From positions 496,001 to 560,000 of the forward strand of contig JBLDXI010000066.1 of NCBI GenBank assembly GCA_047495785.1: a stretch of DNA of 64,000 nt, written 5' to 3'. The stretch is from Lepidodermella squamata (taxonomy: Eukaryota > Animalia > Gastrotricha). The notes beneath the pieces are model-generated. The model did no database searches, was not told where the DNA came from, and saw only the letters and a program-made list of their open reading frames with translations. Positions 23,920 through 36,667 of this stretch are shown here, one piece after another. A program made the translations under genes and the position numbers. How positions within the stretch are numbered: position 1 is the first letter of the stretch; every line of letters starts with the position of its first letter.

Positions 23920-24546
23920 ATGCGATTTTTGCTCTTGGTATCAGCACTTTTATCCGTCACTCATGGCTCAGAAAAAGCTGACTATTCAAGTGTGTCGTAA
24001 ATTTTTGAATTATCCCCGGGGTTAGCTAATTTTGTTGTAGTTGACTTCTCAAACAGTTCCTGGTGCAAGGAAGAGCCTCAGACACTTAAAATATACCGTT
24101 ATGCAAATATCGCAGTTAATAACGCCGTAACCTTGCCCTACTGCTCAGTAATCATTGCTGATGACGACCAATATCACTTCAAAATAAAATGGCTCACCGA
24201 GTTCGTCCAAACCAATTACATTAATGCTAGTTTGCAACTGGCGACTCGATCTAGGGATATCGAAAACTGGGCCGAGCTGACGTCCGAAGAAACGAAGCAA
24301 TTCGCCAAAATTACGCTGCTCAATCCAAATCAGGAGCCTGTTAACTTCGGCGTGACTTTTTCCACGACGAAATCGAGCGCGCACAGTCCGTTGAGTACTG
24401 GTCAAATAGTTGGGATCGCTATTGCAGTGATTTTTCTGCTTTTCCTGATCGGTTTCTTATTCTGGTGTTGTTGCCCTTGTGGCACTTGGAGCAAGAAACA
24501 GAGGGACAAAATGTTGGCCTGCTGCTGTAGATGCTGTCGTACATAG
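23920..24546 (+). CDS. Single-pass membrane family copy B (Cys-rich cytoplasmic tail)
   Basis: Exon 1 23920-23989 MRFLLLVSALLSVTHGS...; phase-1 intron; exon 2 from 24041 IDFSNSSWC...YCSVII...; TM; tail WCCCPC...ACCCRCCRT*. Confidence 0.85.
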
Positions 24547-24783
24547 ACAACTCTATACAGATCGGAAACTAGCGGAATATTTATTGGACAAGTTTTATAT
24601 TGCCAGATAGAGATTTTCTCTGGGAATTTTAGAGAATAATTAAAAAACGAAAAAATTACAATGGGTGGATAGGGCGATGAGTGAATACAAATAAAGGTCG
24701 CGTGCCAACTTTTTCACGTTTTGGTGTGAATTTATTTACTATAGGAAGATCGCTAGTTTCCGATCTGTATAGAGTTGTCTATG
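24542..24783. mobile_element. MITE with CATAGA termini (P-like, 8-bp TSD)
   Basis: 33-bp perfect TIR catagacaactctatacagatcggaaactagcg; TSD ctgtcgta / ccgtcgta. Confidence 0.85.
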
Positions 24784-24943
24784 CCGTCGTAGATAAAATT
24801 ATATTCATTACATGATCATTGTTGAAAATGCTTGATTAAACCCTTGTACTCTCTCATTCCGTCTATGTACCATCTTTTATAGGCATTGTTTTATCTAGCT
24901 AGCCTGTCCTGTAGAACATTAAAATTATCATATTATAAGTATG

Positions 24944-25186
24944 TCTCCGTTGAGCTCTTGTTGAGCACAGGTGAGCACAGGTTATAGGTATCGAGTGCTC
25001 AATATCGTTGTGCACCATTGAGCACCAGTTGAGCACCTCGGAGTTTCTCGCTAAAGGCCAAGAAACTCCTTTGAAAAAATTTAATCAGGCAAATCCGATG
25101 CGTGCTCCATTGAGCACACGTTTTTGAGCACTCGTTGACAAAATTGAGCACAAGTTGCGCACTTGAGCAAAAGTGCTGAACGGAGA
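24944..25186. mobile_element. MITE with GAGCAC subterminal repeats
   Basis: TIR tctccgttgagc / gctgaacggaga; many internal gagcac/gtgctc motifs; followed by (TTA)n. Confidence 0.6.
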
Positions 25187-25993
25187 TTTATTATTATTAT
25201 TATTACATACTACTATTATTATTATTATATTATATTATTATATCATTTCGTATTTTGTTCTATGTGTTACTGTTTTGCGAATGTGATGAACATAAGATGT
25301 TGCCCCTAGCGAAAAAAAACATTAATAAAAGGCTATAATTGAGAGAATTTCAGCGATTTTTAGCTGACAAATAATAGCTCATAAAGCTATTGCTTATTGC
25401 ACCTCTATAATGAGCCTCAATTGGCCATCGCAAAAAACGAAAGTTTGGAGCTCTATTATAGCATATTATAATGTCATGGAAGGCGTCAAGGTACTTTTTT
25501 CTTAATTACTTACGCCTGTCAGGCACCACCACCACCGGGGCCTGGCCGACTGGTCGGGGTCTGCCAGGGTGCCCTTGGGGCAGCTGACCGGCAGCGGCAA
25601 ATGGGACTCGGGCAGTTAGGAACCAGGGACCTCAAACTTGTTAAATAAATAGCAAAATATTACACGTTTTGAAACTTGATCGGGTCAAGAAGTGAAATTT
25701 ATGCATGCGTGTTTTCTCATTTGCATGCACAGCGACCTCGCGGCCACAAAATCATGAGATTTCAAGATGTCTGTAATAATCAATTTTGGAGACTCGTGTA
25801 GAAGACGGTCTTCGAACCTATTATTGACATCTGAACCAAACTCTTCTATTATGATTTTTCACGGTCTCTATTATTGATATAAAATGAGAGTTAGCCTCTA
25901 ACGCTCGCCGTCACGGTCTAATTTAAAGAAGAAATTTTCACTAGGGTGATAATTATAGCTAGTAAATTTTGTTTATTAAAAAAAAATTGTGAC

Positions 25994-26745
25994 TAAAGTA
26001 TGCGTAATATTTTTTTGCATCGCATTTTTTCAACAACTTTTCAACCATGAGGAATTTTTTAAAGTGGTTTTCACCAGTCGATAGATCTAGTCTGCGGTAA
26101 ACTTTCCTCACATTTTCATTTGAATTGGGTGCGAGAGAAAAAATTGGTGACGAAAGTTCTGTCCGCGATTTTTACTGAAAATTCTCATTTTTGAAAAATG
26201 GCATTTTACAGGATTTGAGGTTGGAAGACATCATCCTGTTGAAAGGCTTTATCGGAATTTTTTTAGCAGGGAATTAGGTCAATAACGCGCTGTCAACAAG
26301 GAAATTCAACTTAGCGGCCACAAAGAAGGTCTTATCCACCAAACCCGATCCGAAATGAATTTTCGGAATTGTTTGAATGATTTGTGCCAATTTTATGAAG
26401 CCTTCAGTTTTGGATGGTTGTACAATGTTTTTTCAGGAATCGGTGACGTAGATCCATTACGGACCATCCTCTCAAAAAAGCTTGAAGCCTCTGGTAAGAG
26501 AGACAATCAATTCAGACCAAATAAGATGCAAAAATGCCATTTTTCAAAAATTAGAATTTTCAGTAAAAATCGCGGACAGAACTTTCGTCACCAATTTTTT
26601 CTCTCGCACCCAATTCAAATGAAAATTTGAGAAAAGTTTACCGCAGACTAGATCTATCGACTGGTGAAAACCACTTTAAAAAATTCCTCATGGTTGAAAA
26701 GTTATTGAAAAAATGCGATGCAAAAAAAATATTACGCATACTTTA
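25994..26745. mobile_element. Long-TIR non-autonomous DNA transposon (about 215-bp TIRs)
   Basis: 25994-26208 is a near-perfect reverse complement of 26531-26745. Confidence 0.85.
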
Positions 26746-27192
26746 TAATTCGAGCTTAGTCCATTGGCGAAAAAGGAAAATGATTATAGAGCAAAAACGA
26801 GATTGAGGACAAGGTGCTTCGATCCTTGTTTGCCGTGCCAAAGTTAATCTGATCTCCATGGGCATGAGCTTACAATCAAATTGCCTAATTATTGAAAATA
26901 AATGAATTTCTGCTATGTTGAAATAAATCACTTTGACGAAGATGGAAAACTTGTACAGGTTAATCCTTGGTTCGTATTTGCAACGACCAAAAGAAGCTAC
27001 AAAGTTTCCTCCCTTTACTGCGCTTTACTTCTCATATAATGATGAGATATTGTGATTTCGGAAATTGAATCGCACAACACAGGTTCATAATGGCTTCACG
27101 ATCGATATAATAATATGATGACAAAATCACATCAGAGAACCAAATCTTCAACTATTAGTTCAGCCGAAACTCATGGGCATCAGAAGCAAATT

Positions 27193-27430
27193 ATGAAATC
27201 CGTTCTACTTCTTTGCATTACAGATTACAGCAGACTCGCTTCTTCAGATCGCCGGTTCCTGGCAACAGAGCAGGTCGGCCGAGATTTGGGGTAAATTTAC
27301 TTCCCCAGCAGTATCTGATTATGATATTCCTGTCTCTATAGTTGACGTCTCTAGACCTGAATGGTGCACTCAGATGAACAAACTGACATTCTCGCGAAAA
27401 ATACAGTTTTCCTTAAATAATTCGACAACC
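27193..27430 (+). pseudogene. Single-pass membrane family copy C (5' fragment)
   Basis: MKSVLLLCIT start as in copy D; a 7-bp attacag duplication causes a frameshift; truncated shortly into exon 2. Confidence 0.75.
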
Positions 27431-28257
27431 TCGTGTTTTTGCGGCGGAAAATAACTCCCATATTGCTATTATAAATTGCTTTTTGTTATTTTATTTCTTA
27501 AACTTCTCGCATCTTAGCATGAATAATTATCGAATTACAGATCGAAAAAATATTGCTTTCTCAAACGCGTATCAACTCCTTCTCATCTCTATCCACAGCC
27601 CTTTCTCCGCTCTGTGACCTTGAGGCGAATCACTGACATTCAGTGATGCGGAATAATTAATCTATTATATATATCACTGCAGTTCGGCCGTCGAATTCCT
27701 TTGGACGAATAAATGAAGCGCACTATTCCTTGTTTGACATGTAGTACGTGGATGATGAGCCTAAACGGTATGCAGCGCATTCCAAGTCGGCCTCACATGC
27801 CTTGCTGCATACAGATGATGGAATCCACGCTTCACGCGCTGATTAGTAGCGATTACACTGTTGTGGAACATGCACTGTCAACAAGGATCCAATCATCAGG
27901 TTGTTGCATGACGACGTTTGCTAGAAGGAAAGTAGCAGCGATCTTGTAGAACATGTATAATTCGAGAATAAATAAAATATTATGTGAGAAATGCGGAGAA
28001 AAATGTGTAGAATGCTTAACCCGACTGATATATTGCTTCCTTGTGGGGTTTTCGAGTTTATTGAACCAGTTGTTGGCCGCTAGAGGGCGAAACGAGCGAG
28101 CGAAAAGCATTATTACCCTGTTTATAAACGAAAGCCATCGATCAGTTGGCTTCGTTTGCGTTAACTTGGAGCGGCAGACCGTGAAAACAGCGCAATCACG
28201 AAACAGCGAACGCGACAAAACAGCGCCAATAGTATAATTCGGTATTTGTCTTTTTTT

Positions 28258-28572
28258 TTAGCTCAAAATGTAATATGATAGTGAAAAGATAGGCTTGTAG
28301 TCTAGTTGAATCTTTAATCGGATCTTTGTTAGCGATTCGCAATTTTTTTCAAGTGCCAGGTTGTGCTTGACTTCCTGAGGGCTGAGGGTAGCTCCTCTTA
28401 AACGGCTGGCCGCTTGAACGCTGAAACGCGATTCGCATAGTTCTTGTTTGCGCTTGAAAAAATCAATGATTTCGTAGGGCGAAGGATGAGGCTTGTCACA
28501 GAAGTCTTGGAATGCTTTATGCCAAACCTCGGCCACATTGTCTGTTAGAGGAACCCAGACCGGCACAGGCAA
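28258..28572 (-). mobile_element. Mutator/MULE transposase C-terminal relic
   Basis: PLTDNVAEVWHKAF......HPSPYEIIDFFKRKQE matches the MULE RTNNxxEGWHxxF...HPxIxxxIxxLKxEQ motif. Confidence 0.65.
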
Positions 28573-29259
28573 TGCCGAACAACGGCAAATACAGTGGCTG
28601 AATTCAAATCGAATTGTACTGAGCTGTTCGGGTGTTTTGGAGACAATTCAGCTATTTTTGCATCATTTAGTTCAGCGGTGTTCGGAGAGAAGGCGTGTTC
28701 GGACTTGTACGGACTTGAGGTCATCAAATTGTTAGCTGCTCTTCGCCTGCTTAATTCTTGCCACTGTTCGGGGTTGTTCAAAGTGTTCGAACTAGTTCAC
28801 CGTTTCTGCTTCTCCTGCATATTTGTAATAAAATATAGAATTGTCCCCAGAAATATAGGTCGAGTAGCTTTGACAATTCGATATTTTACGGTATAACATT
28901 CGTAAAACGTTCATATCTGAACTCGCCGCACTCGATTTACTCATTGCAACTCGCCTCCGGCTCGTTTCGATTCGTAAATCTCGGCCGGCCCCGTTCAGAT
29001 ATGAACGATTTACGAATGATATACCATACAAATAGAGCATTCGCTCAAAAATATCAAAAATATAGTGTTATTACCCATGCTCATGTACCCATGCTAGTCC
29101 CATTGCGAAATTTCAGTCTTCTTCATTTCGTTATTAATTATTAACTTCACACAAAAAATGAACCGTTACCTGCTCTTAGTAAGCCTGGTAAGTTTTAACA
29201 ATTGTGCATTTTATGTGAAACTTCTTCCCATATACGTCCCATAATATACGTCTACTACT

Positions 29260-30648
29260 ATCGGACACGTTGGGCGAGGCGAGTCGACGCCGTAAAACCA
29301 CTGCGAAGGCAAATTGAAGTTTTTCGAAAGGCCCTATCAACTATCAGTGAGGATTCCAGCCAAACGCCGAAAACGCGATACGAAGCTGGGTGCATCTTGC
29401 GAAATCTCGAAAGCTTCGAAATGGCATTAATGATAGTTTTTTGGGATCGAGTCCTGGTGCGATTTGACCGCGTCAGTGCTGCCCTGCAAAGCCCTACGCT
29501 TGTCGTAGGTGACGGGGTTAAACTACTTGAATCCCTTGAACACTTTCGAGATTTGTGGTGATGTGGTCTCAAAGAAGAATTCGAAGCAATCGAATGCGAA
29601 GCCAGACAGATTACAGACAGACAGAAAACGCGCGGCAGGCCTTCAGTCTCCGAGAATCGCAACGATCCGCGGGAGTTTTTTAGATCAGAAACTTTCGAAG
29701 TCATTATTTTCAATCTCGAAGCTGATGTTGCAAAACGGAGGTCAGCTTACGCCGAAATCCGCTTCCTTCGGCTTCCTAACAGGACTTCAGTCGCTGGGTG
29801 AAGCCGAGCTGCGCGAAAAAGCGCAGAATTTCGCGAAAAAATACGCCTCGGATATCGAACCTTCATTTCCCGACGAACTTATCCACTTGTAGGTTTCGTA
29901 AATGGAGAGCAAGACTTGTCCGCTATCAACCTATTGAAGATAATTCATACGAAGCAACTGCTAAGCGTTTTCCCAAATATCGAGATCGTTTTACGGATCT
30001 ATTTGTCGCTGTTTATAACTGTTTGTAGCGGTGAACGCAGCTTCTCTAAATTGGCTTTAATGAAGGGCGATCTTAGATCAGGAGTACTCAAAGTCTGCCC
30101 CGCGGGTCACGGGTCACCCGTGACCCGCGGGGGGATTCGTGATCATGACCTGAAAAACAGCCTTTTTTCGACAATTTTCAGCTAAAATTACCGCAAAATA
30201 CCGTATATACATATCGCGAGTATATACATAAAACTATGTTTTCTGGGACCTTTTCAATCAATTGTTCGTCAATTTAGGCTCTTGCGAAAATGGGATAATA
30301 TGTCAAAATTTTGGCTAATTGCAGTTGTGACCCGCGGGGTTGTCCGCGGGTCACAGCTGTGGCCCGCTTGGCAAAAACTTTGAGTACCGCTGTCTTAGAT
30401 CCTCGATGGGCCAGGACAAGCTGAACAATCTGATGATTCTGGCATTAGAATCTGACATCTTAAGGTCATTACATTTTGAGCGTATTATTGACATTTTTGT
30501 CGACAGAAAATTTCTAAACGTCTTTCTAACCTCCCATTTATGTCACATTAAAAATAAAAATTGTTTCGTTTTTTTTAGAAATTAACAAAAAAATGGGGCT
30601 GCCAAACGTCAAGAGCCCAGGGGCCGCCGGAGGGTTAATCCGGCCCTG
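29260..30648 (+). mobile_element. Decayed hAT transposon (3' half of transposase plus right TIR)
   Basis: TRW..RVDAV; FEMALMIVFWDRVL..F..VS..LQS; dimerization domain TVCSGERSFSKL..MK..LRSSM.QDKLNNLMILALE; frameshifts and stops; ends ...gggttaatccggccctg. Confidence 0.9.
30079..30392. mobile_element. hAT-type MITE nested in the hAT transposase
   Basis: TIR caggagtactcaaagt / actttgagtaccgctg; exact TSD tcttagat; splits the LR|SSM motif. Confidence 0.9.
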
Positions 30649-31839
30649 ACTATCGATAGGGGTCCTCGGTGTTACATTAAGGTACGTTAAGGTAAGGCGA
30701 TGTCCTTCATGATAAGTTAACTGTTTAATAAAATGGTCGAATTCTCTGAGTGATGCAGGATGCGGTATCACCTCAGGGGATTCCATATTATTATTATGCT
30801 GGATTCAATACGATCGTAACTACTCTTCTTGACAAGATCCTGATAAGTTGTTTCTTGTGTTGGGCTGGCATGTTATGTCATGTCATGTCATGTTCAAGAA
30901 AACGCTACGATATGTAAACGTCAGCATCTGAAGAAAGCAATTTTTTAAAAGATGCCTAGATTTTGTATCTTCTTGATGGTTTGCACAACAAATGATTTGA
31001 CAGACCGGCTGCATTCTTCGTTGCGGATGCAGTTTCCGCTAGAAGGCGAGGAGTCTGGAACTTTGCGCCATCCTTCCCGCACGACCTCGCAGAATCGGTG
31101 AATGAAACGAACTTATGAAACGAAAAAAATTAAATGCCGTTAAAGGCTGCTTTTTTTATTTCTTGCTTTCGAATGCTCATGTGACTCGTCAAATATTTCA
31201 GCTGTTCGTTAAGCATTGTCGTCATTCTGACTAAAGAATCATCTTCGTATTGATCCAGCTGCTTGCATCGAGCTGAAGCTGTATATGATGCTCAACTTTT
31301 ATTGTTATCAATACCTAGCTAGTAAGCACAAAAATGCGACCAGAAAAACAGACAAAAACGACGTAGATTGATTACAGTCTCGAGCTGCTATACGTTGTAT
31401 AGAAATTTCTGCTGATATCTGATATTCAGTCGATTCTAGAGGCTGTTTTTGCTGAATCAAACCTATCACCCGTTAACATTCAGAGAGAAAAAATTTAATA
31501 AAACCGCAGCACCTGAGAATATTGCCTCTTGCTTTGATAAATCTTCTGAAAATCTTCTGATGGAAAAAGTTTAAGGCAAATCCTCGGTCCGTATTGGCGA
31601 CGTCCAAAAGAAGCCAACAAAGCGTCGTGCCATTTTACTGCGTATTACTAGTTAAATCGTTAAATCGCAGAACGCAACTTCGTAATGGCTTCGTGATCGA
31701 TGCAAAAAGTAATGTTCCTTTTCCAACATCTAACAGCCTCCGCCGATCAGTGAATAATAGATGATAACGTTAGAATAACATCAGAGAGCCAAAACTCGAC
31801 TGCCAGCTTAGAAAATCTATAAGCGCCAGAATTCAAGTA

Positions 31840-32474
31840 ATGAAATCTGTTCTATTACTTTGCATTACAGCTGACTCGCTTCTCCGGATCGCCGGTTCCG
31901 GGCAACCGGGCGATTCGGCCGAGATTTCCGGTAACTATAATTCCCCCGTTTCCAATGTTGATATTTCTGTCTCTATATAGTTGACGTATCCAGACCTGAC
32001 TGTTGCTTTCGGGTGAACGCATTGACATTCTCCGGAAAAGTACACCTTTTCTCGAATAATTCGGTAACCCCACGGTTTTGCTCGATACAACTTACGGCGG
32101 CAAATAACAGCCATGGAGTCGTTATTCCGACAAGTGACTTCAACTCTTCTGCCTACAAACGAGCTGCGATCAATCTTGAGACGAGACTGCCAACAGCTGA
32201 GAACTGGTCGAGTGTAATCTTCGGAAACCCTTTTGAGACCGACGCGATATTCCGCCTTAATTTTTCTAATCCTGCTCACGAAAGATTGACGTTTGGTCTG
32301 AAATTCTACCTTTCAAACGATGATAACGAGACAGCATGTGATTTCATGGAAACCATTTCACCTGGAGCAATTTTCGCCATTGTTATCGGATCTCTATTAG
32401 CATTGCTGTGCGCGGCGAAACTGATCATTGGAATTTGCAGTCGTAACAAACGAGATTACAAACAGTATTTGTGA
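31840..32474 (+). CDS. Single-pass membrane family copy D
   Basis: Exon 1 31840-31930; phase-1 intron; exon 2 31981-32474 VDVSRPDCC...FCSIQL...LETR...W; TM; tail RDYKQYL*. Confidence 0.8.
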
Positions 32475-33232
32475 AAATTTGACAAAATTTAAATTTCAAC
32501 TATCTAAGAGTTTTTCTGTAAGTAAAAATTTCCCATTTTGTTGCTTTGTGCCTTTTGGTTTCAATCATTCAATTAACAGACTCGCCTACTTCAAGTAACC
32601 AAAGCGTATTAATGGTTAATGGATAGCTCTTTACTTATGCGAACCACGTAGGTATATCATTTGATGCCCCATCGTAAAAATTGATGAAAAACACGTGGAA
32701 AAATACTACACACACGCCGCACACACTCATAAATTACACGCGTCAAAGCTCGAACAAACATATGCTGGCCGCACTGCATCTATGGATGTACTTCTATCAT
32801 CGTACATAGTATATAGTAGGGAAACAGCTCAAAAAGGCTATTCACAAGCGTAAATTGTTAATCATCACTCTCAAAGCAGTATTGTTTTCACTTGTAATTT
32901 TCTTTTCTAGGCATCATAGCATCATAGCAGCTTAAGATACATTTTAACTCTGCGGCATAGTAGTAAGATCATCATTCAGCATTCAGCGAGGGATCATTTT
33001 ACGGAATTTACATCTCCCTAAGGGCTGCAATTTTGCGTGTTTCTCCATCGATCTTCTATCAGCACTCATGTTTTTAATATTCAGTATATCGACCACCTTA
33101 ATGAATCAATATAAAGTGTCGACCGACTAATTCATATGTTTGCAACGTACGCCGTGCTTCTCATTAAAATTCAGAAGATTTTTTTAGATGATTTTTCTTA
33201 CTTTACGGGACACCTGGATGTAGTTCTCAACG

Positions 33233-33886
33233 ATGAGACAATTTTTCGTCTTATTATCAGCACTATTTTCAGTCATTTATTGCTCCGAAAATGTAGCTCA
33301 AGACTATTCAAGTGAGTAATGAATTTTCAGAACTTTTCCTGAATTTTCCCGAATTTTTCTAGTTGATTTCTCAAACAGTTCCTGGTGCAAGAATTCAGTC
33401 GAAGAGCCTCAGATACTTACAATTTATCGTTATGCAAATATCGCGGTTCATAACGCCGTAACCTCGCCCTACTGCTCAGTCATTGTAGCTGATGAAGACA
33501 CTTACCGGTTCGCAATAAAATGGCACACAGAATTCGACCACGCCAATTACACTGCTGTTAGACTGCAGCTGGCGACTCGATCTCGGGCGAAAGATAACTG
33601 GACTGAGCTGCCGTCGTACGAAGCCAAAGATACGAAGCCGTTCATCAAATTTACACTGCTCAACCCAAAGCAGGAGCCTGTTAATTTCAACGTGACATTT
33701 TCCTCAACGAAATCGAGCGCTGACAGCCCGTTGACTTCGGGCGTTTATGCTGGCCTCATTGTTATAGCGATTATGCTAGTTTGCGTGGTCTTCTTCGGCA
33801 TTTTCAAGTGTTACACGGATCGGTCGGCTCAACGGCGAGCTGGCTACAACTTACCACCAGAACATCATGCTGACCAGCGGTTATAG
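33233..33886 (+). CDS. Single-pass membrane family copy E (close paralog of B)
   Basis: Exon 1 33233-33311 MRQFFVLLSALFSVIYCS; exon 2 33363-33886 IDFSNSSWC...; TM; tail ...AGYNLPPEHHADQRL*. Confidence 0.85.
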
Positions 33887-33968
33887 AAGACAATTTTATT
33901 TATTTTCACAAATTCGAAATAAATTTGACAACAATTGCGATTTCCTTTGATGAATTCAATATCTACGT

Positions 33969-36667
33969 TCATCGAGCCAAAACAATTGAGGACGAAGTAC
34001 TTTGATTCTCGTTTGCCGCACCCGAGGACCACCAAGCCCAATACAGTTTCATAGCTTTGATTTTCTGTGAAAATCGTTAATTTTTCCATGAATTAAGGGT
34101 TATTTGATTATTCTTACCGGTGTTGTGATCGAACCACGTTGGGCAAAGTCCAGTTCTTCGAAATCTCGCAAGCGTTGAAACATTGATTGGGATACTTGAA
34201 TTTTGTCGCCTAGACCAGTTGCATGAACTACGGCGGCTGTTGTGACAGCCTCGCCGAAAACCATGAGGCGTGATAGTTTGAATCGCATGACGTAGGACTT
34301 GGCCGGTCCAAGGTGAACGCCAGCGCGTAGACGCATTATCTTCCGAGAGTCCTCTTGCCCGGCTTGCATTACAGCCATTCGCTCTTGAATGTCATTAGCT
34401 AATGCCACAATCTGAAAAGTGGAACAAAAGGATATTATAAGGAGTATCCTTACCAATATCTATTCACTGAGAATCCTTCACCTTCGATACTTTGTATTTC
34501 TTGTAGAAATTCTCAGAAAACAAACCTCGAATGCATGATCAACTGAATGATATTCGCCTGTAATCAAGTTTAGAAGAGATTTGAAAGGAATATATAGCTT
34601 TGATCTTACCAACTCCAGCGGCTATCACCATAGATTCTCCGAACACATAGACCTGGAAAAGCATTTCTGAATAATTTTGTAGAGACATTAGGGTCTAGAC
34701 GTACCTTGTAACAGTTGTACTTCATCATCTCGACTTCAGCCATTTCGTAAAACTCGGAGACCAAGTTCATGAATTCGTCCATTTCCAAATGTTGCATCAA
34801 GTCGTCAACATTGAAAATGTCCAAGATCAACACGGCGGTATCTTAAAAACAAAATTCAGCGAAGATTTTGGAATATTTCACCGATGTTTACCTTTAAAAA
34901 CTCCCTGAATCTCGTGAACTCTCATAGCTGCAGCTTTGACTTGAAATTGATGTGGGATGAACTCGTACAACAATTCAAGGGCCTGTAATACGCAAAATTA
35001 AGGCAATTTCCTATGTAACACCTCATGTTAGGTAAACCCTGTTCAACTGGTCCAAACTGTGATGGGACTGTCGTATAAAAGTTTGCAATGAAACAGTAGC
35101 ATAAGCATGGACAACAATTGTCCCGCCAGCTATCAACACAGAAAGTGTTGAAAGCACAGCAGCTAGGAATACATTTAGTGAAACTTCTCCAGCTAAAATT
35201 CAAAATTTGTTACATAGGACGTCTCTCCCCATCCATTGACCAGAGAATCGGTTCGCCGCAGCCAAAGCCGCAGGTTGGAGGGAGTGAAGAACGTAAAGAA
35301 CGCTCGCGTCATGGGTACCCATTACAGCCGCCCATTCTTCGCCTTGCATCGAAATGAAATCTTGGTTCAAGACCTAATCCAAATTTCAATTGAAAAAAGT
35401 TTCAAGCGCGGTATCATACGTATCCAGCAAGACGATCGAAATCTTTGCCAGACTCTTGATCCGAGAAGTTCCGGACCTTAGCCGCGGCCAAGTCACTCGA
35501 AAGCGCGGTGATTTTGAGGTTCTCTTGGAACATGAAGAGAGAGCTGACGATATTTTGATATACAAGTTCACGAATGTCGGAAATTGTTCGATCTGCAAAG
35601 AATTACGCCACTACAATGAATCCAGACATTCCGGAGCATAACTCACTTTCGGCCGCAAGTTTCCTTCCCAACAATGCGAATTTCCTTAGGTTCAGATACT
35701 GAAAACGATTGGAATCAAAGTTCAAAGTTAGAATCGAAAACTTCGCTTACAGCTTGGAAAACTTTATCGGCCGCCAGAGATTCTCGCCATCCTTCGTATC
35801 TGGGTCCGAACAAAAGGCCGTCTCTTGCTAGCCCGGCAAGACTGTCAACGATTCCAGAATAGAAATGGACAACATCTTCCTCTGTTAAACTATGCGGTTT
35901 TTAAGTGATCAGATTCGAAGAAGAAACTTCTACCATTCGTGTCGTTGGAAGTTTTACGAACATCGCGTTGGTTCTTCAGAGCGAGTTTCAGCGCAAGCGA
36001 AGAAGATATGTTGGCGCGCATGTCCTCTGGCACAGAACTTAGGTCTCGCGGCCAAGTTTGCATGGTAAGCAATTTCTTGAAGTAAAAAAATTAAACAAGA
36101 CTTCACGGATAAAGCTTGGCTTTACCGAATCAACATTCCGCATAGCGATCTGAGCTTTTTGCAAGAACACTTCGTAAGGTCCAGTGTTGAATCTTTATCA
36201 AATCAAAGATCAATTATTTTCATTGTAGTTCCAAATTACAGGACCTCACTCGAAAAATGGCTCCATTTCTAGTGCGAGAAGTAGCGCTAGGTCGTAGATT
36301 TCAAAGTTAAGATGGGTTGTTGCCTTTAATACAACGGCTATAACTGAAGCTTTTCCAACAATCAATTTGAAATGCGACTTACACTGACGTAATTTCCGAC
36401 TTCATTGCGAATTCGAGCTAATTCAACGTCAGTGTAGACTTGGACGATGGTACCGGAGAACGCGAGCACAGCGAACAATGCCACCTGTATCGAAAATTTG
36501 GGACAAGTAATTCTAGGAAATCGACATACCTGAATTAGTAGAATGATCCGCCCTGATTTCACCTCAACATTTGCGATGAAAAACTGTCGCAAAATGCCCG
36601 GATCGGCGACATGGATGATGGGTTCCCCGTCCTCATAATGGGAGCCTTCGCTTGGGTCAATTCTCAT
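33969..36667 (-). CDS. Multi-exon transmembrane guanylyl-cyclase-like protein (TM - NIT-like domain - TM - class III cyclase), degenerate catalytic motifs
   Basis: Cyclase motifs AVLILDI, CYKVYVFGESMVIAAG, LRAGVHLGPA...FGEAVTTAAVVHATG..DKIQVSQ, QRGSI and MKLYW; two hydrophobic segments flank a helical region with TWP, HFYSGI and EEW...M. Confidence 0.8.
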
